DNA of 37,717 nucleotides from a virus: IMG/VR virus record IMGVR_UViG_3300045988_011290, positions 1 to 37,717 of that record; one strand, 5' to 3'. Shown piece by piece: positions 31,442 to 37,717 of this stretch (position 1 is its first letter; each line of letters starts with the position of its first letter). The notes under the pieces were generated by a model. It saw only the letters and a program-made list of their open reading frames with translations, ran no database searches and was not told where the DNA came from. The position numbers and the translations under genes were made by a program.

Positions 31442-31871
31442 GGTATTCCCTCATTTCTTTGGCCGAGTCGTCTATCGGTGTGCTAACCTCTACAGTCTGG
31501 CGGTCACACCATTCGGCACGCTTACGGTTTTTAAGCCAGAATATCTGTGCTGTTGTATCCGGCGCTACCTGCTTCTTCGTGACTTTCTTCTTCGCAAGCA
31601 TTCCGTCTTCGTCGTATTCCTCAGACACTTCTTCGTATTCGTAACCTAGTGCTCTTTTTAGCAAGGCATTCTCAACCTGTCTGTCAACTACTTCTTTGCC
31701 GCGTTTTAAGGCGTTCGATATGTCCGGATACTTATCGCACCATGCATTCAGTGTACTTCTGGATATTCCCATATTCGTAGCAATCTGCTCATTTATTAGA
31801 CCATCTCTCGCCCACCCCTCTATCTTGATAAGTCCTTCATCCGTAATCCAGTCTTCATATTTTTTTGACAC
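31413..31871 (-). CDS. terS: Terminase small subunit
   Basis: N-terminal HTH (NEQIATNMGISRSTLNAWC) and AQIFWLKNRKRAEWCDRQ motif. Directly upstream of terL. Confidence 0.85.
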   Translation of the reverse strand: MSKKYEDWITDEGLIKIEGWARDGLINEQIATNMGISRSTLNAWCDKYPDISNALKRGKEVVDRQVENALLKRALGYEYEEVSEEYDEDGMLAKKKVTKKQVAPDTTAQIFWLKNRKRAEWCDRQTVEVSTPIDDSAKEMREYLERRQKKNT

Positions 31872-31875
31872 CTTA

Positions 31876-32976
31876 TCACCTCCTTGGTACGAATATCTTT
31901 TCTATGGTTCTGTTTCTGCTTGTTCCGTAGCTACATACTTTCGTACGCTCTGCTATACATTTAAATCTATCTTCCGGCATCCAATATTCCGATATATATA
32001 CTGGTACTTCTTGTTGGCATGCCCAGTCATAAAATGCTTTATGGTCAAACCCACCTTTCCCATAACCGTCTGTATTTACATACGGTATATCGCAGTAAAT
32101 CACGCTGTTCGGTTTGACGTTTATATCCCGATAGTCTCCGGCGTGCGCTTCCAGACCTTTCAGTCTCTGTATGCTCTGTAGTCTCTGTAGGCTCTGTAGG
32201 TCTTCGTTAAGCTCTGCCCACGGAATCGTCAATCCTGGAATGATAGTCCGCATCTTCTCATAAGCTTCTGCAGTAGGTAACGCCCACTGGCTTTCACCGA
32301 AGTAATGTCCTGCCATTCCGTTAGTCCAAAGGAGTCTATCAACATCTGCAGCAGTTCTCTCCGATTCTTTCAAGGCGTTCCGCATATATTCACGGATATC
32401 CTTTGTCTTTTCCTTACGTACATCTGTTTTAATCTTCTTGGCATCTATGGTTCCATCTTTCTTGCGGACCATTTCAACGCCGCATTCCTTACATAGCCTT
32501 TCGGCTTGCTCCGTTAATCTATCTATATCTTTCCGGACTAAATCAAATTCTTTTACAAAGGCTCGCCAATGTGTCTGTGCTTCTTTTGGTGTTTTTGCAA
32601 AAAACATGAAATGCAAATGCTTTTTGAACCGTTCTATCTCCGGTGCATACAGATACTCTCTCCCGTTGCTCCCGAAGCTCCACACATATCGGATATACGG
32701 ATCAGTGTACTTGAAAATCTCGAATGTCTCTCGACTTATCCATCGTTCTTCGTTCGCAAGTTTTCCGTTTATGGCATCCTTAAATAATTGGATGATATCT
32801 GGCTCTATATCGTTGATAATGTAGTTTTCCCATTTATCAGACTCCATAGCGCAATGCGTCACTGCGCATCCTCCAGCGAATAGATCATATAAGTTGTCGG
32901 CCTCCGGCAGAATGTCAACAACCCATTCAGCAATACCGTTTTTACTTCCCTTGTATGGGATTCCATATCTTTTCAT
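31876..32976 (-). CDS. DNA N6-adenine methyltransferase (Dam / D12-class-like)
   Basis: Y.GSK......I......NLYDLFAGGCAVT (AdoMet motif I) and a C-terminal DIPY catalytic motif (VIYCDIPYVNTDGY). Confidence 0.8.
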   Translation of the reverse strand: MKRYGIPYKGSKNGIAEWVVDILPEADNLYDLFAGGCAVTHCAMESDKWENYIINDIEPDIIQLFKDAINGKLANEERWISRETFEIFKYTDPYIRYVWSFGSNGREYLYAPEIERFKKHLHFMFFAKTPKEAQTHWRAFVKEFDLVRKDIDRLTEQAERLCKECGVEMVRKKDGTIDAKKIKTDVRKEKTKDIREYMRNALKESERTAADVDRLLWTNGMAGHYFGESQWALPTAEAYEKMRTIIPGLTIPWAELNEDLQSLQRLQSIQRLKGLEAHAGDYRDINVKPNSVIYCDIPYVNTDGYGKGGFDHKAFYDWACQQEVPVYISEYWMPEDRFKCIAERTKVCSYGTSRNRTIEKIFVPRR

Positions 32977-32987
32977 GTTTCTCCAAT

Positions 32988-33011
32988 CTAAAAAAGACGG
33001 TCATCCGTCTT
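32988..33011 (-). terminator. Rho-independent terminator immediately upstream of the late operon RBS
   Basis: Minus-strand RNA AAGACGG-auga-CCGUCUU followed by UUUU. It ends about 6 nt before the GGAG RBS of the methyltransferase gene. Confidence 0.7.
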
Positions 33012-33049
33012 CTGCGTACAATATATAATCCGTTCGCTTTTCCGTGCAC

Positions 33050-33079
33050 AAGAAAAAGCACCCAGCTTGCGCCAAGTGC
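33050..33079 (-). terminator. Possible strand-specific terminator (G-U-containing stem)
   Basis: Minus-strand RNA GCACUUGG-cgcaag-CUGGGUGC followed by UUUUUCUU. Three G-U pairs make it minus-strand specific. Confidence 0.4.
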
Positions 33080-33191
33080 CTTTCCTTGATAAGTCAGGAG
33101 GTTCCCATCAAATGAGAGAAAACGAACGTTTTGTCTGTCTTTCGACATTACTATTTTTGCACATATAGATGTGCGATTCAATGACATCTTT

Positions 33192-33515
33192 TTACCACCA
33201 TTCATTTTCATTCGTCCTGTGATCCGCATGGATGAATATCACCGGACGTGTTCCGTCAGATCCATCATTGATAATCTCTAACTCTCCGATGTAGTTGAAA
33301 TCCTCTGCTGTATCAAGATATACTGTCAGGCTGACTTCGCCGCCCAGTACCTCATCTACTCGTTGTGATACCGCCTGTTTAAACTCCGCTGTATCCGTGA
33401 TGTCTTTCTTCTCAACAGTGATCGGTGTCGGTTCTTTCACTTCCTGCTTCTCAGCGCATCCGGTTAATGCCAGGGATGCCATCAGGATGATTAACGCTCT
33501 ATTGATTCTGTTCAT
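33192..33515 (-). CDS. Lipoprotein (107 aa)
   Basis: MNRINRALIILMASLALTGC has a signal peptide plus lipobox. Confidence 0.75.
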   Translation of the reverse strand: MNRINRALIILMASLALTGCAEKQEVKEPTPITVEKKDITDTAEFKQAVSQRVDEVLGGEVSLTVYLDTAEDFNYIGELEIINDGSDGTRPVIFIHADHRTNENEWW

Positions 33516-33736
33516 GTATTTGCCCGCCTTCCTCTTTTTGTTTTATACTTCAAGTAATCGCTTTCACCATATGTTCCCTTGTGCAGTTTTCGCAAAGCAG
33601 AACCTAACCCATTTTCAATATCTTCTTCTGTACGATCATGGGTATCTTCCACTTCGCCAAGAATAGTTATTGCTTGCTCTGTATACATGATAAGCTGCTC
33701 AATCTCCTGCTCTGTAAAATAAATACTACGTCCCAT
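33512..33736 (-). CDS. Hypothetical 74-aa protein
   Basis: ORF with ATGA-type overlap to the downstream gene, co-oriented in the operon. Confidence 0.5.
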   Translation of the reverse strand: MGRSIYFTEQEIEQLIMYTEQAITILGEVEDTHDRTEEDIENGLGSALRKLHKGTYGESDYLKYKTKRGRRANT

Positions 33737-33739
33737 CTA

Positions 33740-34246
33740 CTACACCTCCCTGTATGGCTCTGGTAATGGCATCCATGCTATTACATCGTCCACTGCATCG
33801 TCGGCATCGTCTGTCCACTCTTTTCCATCCCAGTAGGCGCTAAACGGTTGTGAAACGCGTCTAGTCTGCACAATGTAGCCATCGAAATAACCGTCAACCT
33901 CTGGTTTCTTCGGAAGCTTCTCGCTACATGGAATCCACTTCAAAACATTTTCATTCTCTACTAATTCAAAATATTTTTCTTTCCACTCTACAACGTTATT
34001 TAAAAAATAAGAGCTGTAACCAATGCTGTAATGATTTTCGCCAAGTAGCTTATACTTCAATTCATAGTACGGTTTGTCACCAATTATTCTCACTATGATA
34101 TCCATGTCAGTTACTTTGTTCTTTTCATGATTTTCCAAAGCACTTTCTTCCATGTCCTCAAGTTTTGCTAACTTTTCCATAGCTTCTGACAGCTTGTTTT
34201 TATCTTTAATCACTGCTTTCCCAGCATTGTATTCTGTATATCGCAT
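33740..34246 (-). CDS. DUF551-like phage protein
   Basis: C-terminal WIPCSEKLPKK...W.G..W.......V.AWMPLPEPY matches the DUF551 signature (W.P....LP ... W.PLP.PY). Confidence 0.6.
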   Translation of the reverse strand: MRYTEYNAGKAVIKDKNKLSEAMEKLAKLEDMEESALENHEKNKVTDMDIIVRIIGDKPYYELKYKLLGENHYSIGYSSYFLNNVVEWKEKYFELVENENVLKWIPCSEKLPKKPEVDGYFDGYIVQTRRVSQPFSAYWDGKEWTDDADDAVDDVIAWMPLPEPYREV

Positions 34247-34681
34247 TTATTCATCCTCCTTATCTTCTAACAGTTCCGGATTATCATAGATATTACCAAT
34301 GACTATAACTTTATTTTCCCAATAACCAAGCTCTTTTCTGTATAAACTTTCTTCCGGAAATTCAATGTAAAATCCTTGGTTAGTATCTGTAATACTAAAG
34401 CCGGCTGTGTACAATCCGAATTTCACCTCTCCACAAACACCCGCACTATCTTTCACGAAATCTCCCTCAAAGATTTTCTTTCCGTTCTTGTCGGTTAATC
34501 CTGTATACTGGCAAATCGTATTTTCATCAACCAGGAATTCACACTCGAGACTTTTATCGTAAATATAATTCTTATCACTAAGATAGCCATGCACCCATGT
34601 TCCATTAAGATGCTCGTTACTATCCATTGCATGGATATGTTTTGCTCTAAAAAGTATTTCTCTACTCATATTCGTCAACAA
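34247..34681 (-). CDS. YopX-family protein
   Basis: ILFRAK...W..G..........TICQYTGLTDKNGKKIFEGDFV...IGNIYDNPELLE is the YopX signature. Confidence 0.85.
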   Translation of the reverse strand: MLTNMSREILFRAKHIHAMDSNEHLNGTWVHGYLSDKNYIYDKSLECEFLVDENTICQYTGLTDKNGKKIFEGDFVKDSAGVCGEVKFGLYTAGFSITDTNQGFYIEFPEESLYRKELGYWENKVIVIGNIYDNPELLEDKEDE

Positions 34682-35129
34682 CCTCCAACTTTTTCAAATC
34701 CTCAATCTTCCACGGTTCATCATCTGACCATTTGACCATCGGGAAATCAACATTTAAATGCCGATTAAAGCCTAGACAACCACAATTGGACAAATACCAA
34801 TACTTTTCCAATTTTCTTGGCTGTGCTTCATATGCAAACAACATACCATTTTTATCTCTTATGATGAACTTATATTCTTCTTTAAGACAGTCCAAAAACG
34901 CCCTGTCTCTTTTTGATATCTTCGGCTGTTCAATATATTCTGCCATCGCCCATTTATACAGCGCATCATCTCCACAGCTCCCATCGCTATTGCGCACGCA
35001 CTCCTCACATCTGAGTGATTTGTCAGCACATTCACATGGCTTTCCGGTTGCCTTGCGTACTGCCATCCTATCGTTTACCGAACACGCAAACCCTAATATC
35101 TCTTTCGCGTATTTCTCTATGTTTTTCAT
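34662..35129 (-). CDS. Cys-rich hypothetical protein (155 aa)
   Basis: CECADKSLRCEECVRNSDGSC cluster. Co-oriented, with overlaps to both neighbours. Confidence 0.5.
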   Translation of the reverse strand: MKNIEKYAKEILGFACSVNDRMAVRKATGKPCECADKSLRCEECVRNSDGSCGDDALYKWAMAEYIEQPKISKRDRAFLDCLKEEYKFIIRDKNGMLFAYEAQPRKLEKYWYLSNCGCLGFNRHLNVDFPMVKWSDDEPWKIEDLKKLEVVDEYE

Positions 35130-36022
35130 ATCGTTTCACCCTCTTCTATAAAATCAAATATGTTCATTTGTCCTTTGATATCGTCACTTTCCATCCACCA
35201 CTCATACACATCTTCCCCAGTCTTAAATTCACACGGAAGTCCTTTTGCATTTCTGGCATCAATCATTCTTCCGAATGCTGAAATGTACAATTTTTTGTAC
35301 GCTGGAAAATCTGCAAATTCCTTGTACCTCTTCTTTCCGGCCATCGGGCATCCAATACAGCCAACACGATCATATCCGTATTGATACAGTTCGCATGTCA
35401 GTATTTTTTCTGAATGTATGTATTCCCACACATCCGAATTTTTCCAGTCAATAATCGGATTAACAACCATCTTGTTTTTTTGCATACAATGTTCATTCAT
35501 CCGGCGTTTGGCATCATTGTCATTCATCAGCATAACTGTCGAATATTTTTCTTTATCGGCTTTTGTTCTTCCGACTTTTTCAAATTCATCTCTGTCCATT
35601 GCTCTCGCCGTGCTTTCATGCCATCTTACTCCTGTTGCAATAAATCTGTTATTGCAACTTGTTTCTTTCAAGACTGAACAGCAATACCTACTTATTCTTG
35701 TCGGCGGCATAAGCTTAATTGGAATCAGTGACCACATGCTGATTCGCTTGCCTTGATATGTCGGCTTCTCAATTTCACAACGAATACCGTCAAGTTCCAT
35801 TTTTTTGAATACGTTCTGAATGTGTCGCACGGTCTGTGGAGCATCAGCCGTAGTGTGGCTGTTATGGACTTCGAACGGAACGCCTGAGCGTCTAAAAAGC
35901 TCTAATATAACGTCCGAATCCTTCCCCCCAGAATATGTGCATACAAGCGGCTGTCCGTAGTGGTGCAGACTCATTTCAGAAGCATATCTTATTCGTTCAA
36001 TTGCTTTTTGCTCTAAATTCAC
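35126..36022 (-). CDS. PAPS-reductase-family (PP-loop ATP pyrophosphatase) protein with C-terminal Cys cluster
   Basis: The SGGKDS PP-loop (CTYSGGKDSDVILEL) and the C-terminal CIGCP motif resemble DndC-like / phage PAPS reductase-like proteins. Confidence 0.8.
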   Translation of the reverse strand: MNLEQKAIERIRYASEMSLHHYGQPLVCTYSGGKDSDVILELFRRSGVPFEVHNSHTTADAPQTVRHIQNVFKKMELDGIRCEIEKPTYQGKRISMWSLIPIKLMPPTRISRYCCSVLKETSCNNRFIATGVRWHESTARAMDRDEFEKVGRTKADKEKYSTVMLMNDNDAKRRMNEHCMQKNKMVVNPIIDWKNSDVWEYIHSEKILTCELYQYGYDRVGCIGCPMAGKKRYKEFADFPAYKKLYISAFGRMIDARNAKGLPCEFKTGEDVYEWWMESDDIKGQMNIFDFIEEGETI

Positions 36023-36025
36023 AGC

Positions 36026-36295
36026 CTATTCCACCTCAATTCCTATGTCTTCTTTCAGCATTGTCTCAATATCTTCCAGACTGATATAACCTCTGTTGTA
36101 AGAGTCCAGAATATCCTGAAACTTGTCCACAAACCGCCCCACACGCTTTTCGCCGAAGTCAAACGCCTGATTCAGCGCCAGACATCCGATCATCATGAAC
36201 AGCTTATGAGATGCGACTATAAGGTTATCAGCATCACGGCGGTTTAATACCTTATTCCGCTTATACGCCTGTTGTTTGTTGTTAAAGTACTTCAT
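36026..36295 (-). CDS. Hypothetical 89-aa protein
   Basis: ATG 36295 after AGGAGCGAGG; the ORF-track start 36331 lacks an RBS. Confidence 0.5.
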   Translation of the reverse strand: MKYFNNKQQAYKRNKVLNRRDADNLIVASHKLFMMIGCLALNQAFDFGEKRVGRFVDKFQDILDSYNRGYISLEDIETMLKEDIGIEVE

Positions 36296-36422
36296 CCTCG
36301 CTCCTATCCTCATTAAATGGGCAGTCAGCACAATTGCTAACTAAGTTTCCGTTTTCGTCTACTCTGTAATCGTCACCATACGCTCCGCATTCATAGCAGT
36401 AGTCATCATATACGCTATCCAT
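36282..36422 (-). CDS. Possible 46-aa zinc-ribbon protein (below the ORF-track cutoff)
   Basis: MDSVYDDYCYECGAYGDDYRVDENGNLVSNCADCPFNEDRSEDEVL with a CxxC...CxxC pattern. Confidence 0.35.
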   Translation of the reverse strand: MDSVYDDYCYECGAYGDDYRVDENGNLVSNCADCPFNEDRSEDEVL

Positions 36423-36510
36423 CCTGTCCGATCTCCTCTCTTATCTTTTCCGCAATTGCTTCTATTACATTGACAGTAACTCCATTGCCAAACCAATCAA
36501 TAAATTTCAT
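36415..36510 (-). CDS. Possible 31-aa ORF
   Basis: ATG 36510 after AAGGAGATTTACTGA. Translation MKFIDWFGNGVTVNVIEAIAEKIREEIGQDG. ATGGATAG overlap with the next ORF. Confidence 0.25.
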   Translation of the reverse strand: MKFIDWFGNGVTVNVIEAIAEKIREEIGQDG

Positions 36511-36523
36511 TCAGTAAATCTCC

Positions 36524-36784
36524 TTATACCTCTATATCCTCATCTGTCGGGAACTGGAATGTTATAAAACCGTTATGTTTCCACCATTGCCAACGGCACT
36601 CTTCCATAGCTTTGATTGCTTTTTCTTCGGTAGAATACTCTGCAATTACAGGATTATCGGTAATCCCTTCGACACCAAAAAACTTTTTACTCATAAGATA
36701 TATTTTTTCTTTGTATCTCTGCAACGCAGCTTGCTCATAAGGAATGTCATAGCATCCATCCTGACTAATTACTCTCATTGTCAT
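36524..36784 (-). CDS. Hypothetical 86-aa protein
   Basis: Co-oriented ORF with RBS GGAGGAGGATGACA. Confidence 0.5.
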   Translation of the reverse strand: MTMRVISQDGCYDIPYEQAALQRYKEKIYLMSKKFFGVEGITDNPVIAEYSTEEKAIKAMEECRWQWWKHNGFITFQFPTDEDIEV

Positions 36785-37208
36785 CCTCCTCCGGTATCCT
36801 AAGATGTTCTAGTGCTTTGCTGTGAATCCTGTGTATTTGTCTCTCGGAAAACATCATCTTTTCCGCAATTTCCCAAAACGCCATTCCTTTTATGTATCTG
36901 TAAAAAAGCACATCGTCCTCGTTTTTGTTTTCGAGTGTCTTGATTCTTCTTGCTATATCATTAAATATCATAATCCGCTCACCACGTTCGTTTTTTAGAC
37001 TTCGGATCATTGTGTCAATCTGTGCCACATATCCAGACAGATCGCTCTGACAACTACCTCTCGGCATTCCGTCATTAGCTCCGGCAGAAGCTGACATCTT
37101 TAGTTCTCTCAACTCTGCTATCTCTTCTGTCAGTCTATGTACACGTCTCACATGGACTATATACTGTCTGAGGTACTCTTTCTTTTTTTCTCGTTCCTGC
37201 CTATCCAC
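36765..37208 (-). CDS. Late-gene transcriptional activator, sigma-70 region-4-like (DUF1492 / RinA / ArpU type)
   Basis: N-terminal EYLRQY...I..L..E...L, a central DGMPRG segment, and the C-terminal LFYRYIKGMAFWEIAEKMMFSERQIHRIHSKALEHL region-4 HTH. Confidence 0.7.
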   Translation of the reverse strand: MDRQEREKKKEYLRQYIVHVRRVHRLTEEIAELRELKMSASAGANDGMPRGSCQSDLSGYVAQIDTMIRSLKNERGERIMIFNDIARRIKTLENKNEDDVLFYRYIKGMAFWEIAEKMMFSERQIHRIHSKALEHLRIPEEDDNESN

Positions 37209-37377
37209 TTATATTCTCCTTTACATCTACTTTCTTCTTTTTCAGATATCCCAACGTGCTATATGCCGGACTTCTGAATCTTTCAAGTGCTTTCTGATCC
37301 GGCCTGTTCATCGCTTCGCTATCATGTTGTGCGATCAGATCAAGTTTATGTGCTTTATTAAGCTTCGGTCTATTCAT
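37201..37377 (-). CDS. Hypothetical 58-aa basic protein
   Basis: ATG 37377 lies 6 nt after GGAGG and overlaps the stop of the repeat-protein gene. The ORF-track start is 37401. Confidence 0.45.
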   Translation of the reverse strand: MNRPKLNKAHKLDLIAQHDSEAMNRPDQKALERFRSPAYSTLGYLKKKKVDVKENISG

Positions 37378-37717
37378 CCTTTGCCTCCACAATCTTTCCA
37401 TCTTTCATCCAGTACCATGTGTCTTCTTTAATGTTTTTTCCGTCGACACGTACCATCATAGATCCCCTAAACTCCCAAGCATCTTCTTTCCAGTACTTAT
37501 CGGATAATCGATACCATTCCGCGAATACAAGCGTTGCTCCGATCACACCTTTTGCTTTTGATTCAGGACCCCAAGCCGCAGCAACGCTATTAGGATGATT
37601 AGCTTCGCAAGTACCGCGGTACCCTGTGTTAGAGGATGCTCCGCAGTTACCTGTGTTAGAGGATGCTCCGTAGTCCCCTGTGTTAGAGGATGCTCCGCGG
37701 TACCCTGTGTTAGAGGA
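37370..37717 (-). CDS. C-terminal part of the tandem-repeat protein (continuation of 506..1)
   Basis: The frame is open from 37717. Translation ...GASSNTGYRGTCEANHPNSVAAAWGPESKAKGVIGATLVFAEWYRLSDKYWKEDAWEFRGSMMVRVDGKNIKEDTWYWMKDGKIVEAKDE, stop TAG at 37370-37372. Confidence 0.75.
   Translation of the reverse strand, partial: SSNTGYRGASSNTGDYGASSNTGNCGASSNTGYRGTCEANHPNSVAAAWGPESKAKGVIGATLVFAEWYRLSDKYWKEDAWEFRGSMMVRVDGKNIKEDTWYWMKDGKIVEAKDE
37626..37717 (-). repeat. Terminal copy of the 27-bp repeat units A-B-C plus 11 nt, identical to positions 1-92
   Basis: Exact 92-nt identity read directly from the sequence. Confidence 0.95.

Larger units (their letters stand above)
1..37717. mobile_element. 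Complete temperate siphovirus-like phage genome (circularly closed contig, about 37.6 kb unique)
   Basis: Full set of lysogeny, early, packaging, head, tail and lysis modules. Positions 1-92 are identical to 37626-37717, and one minus-strand reading frame is continuous across the join. Confidence 0.85.

Noticed and set aside
32163-32198. Four tandem 9-nt units (g/t)(g/t)ctctgta inside the methyltransferase gene
   Set aside because: They are in frame and encode LQSLQRLQSIQRL in a variable linker of the enzyme. The tract is short, with no sign of phase-variable length such as a homopolymer or an out-of-frame unit.
32942-33229. 95-aa minus-strand ORF spanning the gap between the lipoprotein and methyltransferase genes
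   Set aside because: It overlaps both neighbouring genes and runs through two terminator hairpins. It has no convincing RBS and a basic low-complexity translation. The region is better explained as a regulatory leader.

Overview
The window is a complete temperate siphovirus-type phage genome. The first 92 nt are identical to the last 92 nt, so the contig closes into a circle of about 37.6 kb unique sequence. GGAGG-type ribosome-binding sites and the gene content point to a Firmicutes/Clostridia-like host. Almost all genes are on the minus strand. Reading in the direction of transcription, the early operon runs from about 6665 down to 1. It encodes small membrane and HTH proteins, a Gp157-like protein, a Sak/Rad52-like annealase, a NinB/Orf-like protein, RusA and a replisome organizer. 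A tandem-repeat protein gene spans the window junction (506..1 joined to 37717..37370). Next comes a middle region from 37400 to 33192 with a sigma-region-4/ArpU-type late activator, a PAPS-reductase-family protein, YopX, DUF551 and a lipoprotein. The late operon runs from 32976 to 10462: Dam-type methyltransferase, TerS, TerL, SPP1-type portal and MuF-like protein, then an unusual 3.9 kb cassette, then scaffold, major capsid protein, connectors, TP901-1-type major tail protein, G/GT chaperones with a -1 frameshift, tape measure, Dit, Tal, holin and four small cargo genes. The cassette encodes a small HExxH protein, an 807-aa fibre with a beta-helix-like domain, an amidase-SPOR endolysin and a Prp protease. 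The lysogeny module is 6176..10128. It contains plus-strand genes for a tail-anchored membrane protein, two different HTH repressors and a lipoprotein moron, plus a minus-strand tyrosine integrase beside a repeat-rich putative attP (10129..10461). The observations most worth follow-up are listed here. (1) The receptor-binding and endolysin cassette is displaced into the head module, while the holin has no neighbouring lysin. (2) A phage-encoded Prp protease is paired with LQxF-A cleavage motifs at the N-termini of scaffold and capsid. (3) The junction-spanning nonamer-repeat protein varies at only two positions per repeat. (4) A 400-bp non-coding region carries six 12-bp-phased TCGTGCGA iterons and an AT-rich tract. 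(5) The two-repressor switch has perfect inverted-repeat operators and convergent small membrane-protein genes. (6) Moron-like cargo lies next to attP. No rRNA, tRNA, CRISPR array or transposase was seen. All family assignments are from motif recognition by eye and need database confirmation.
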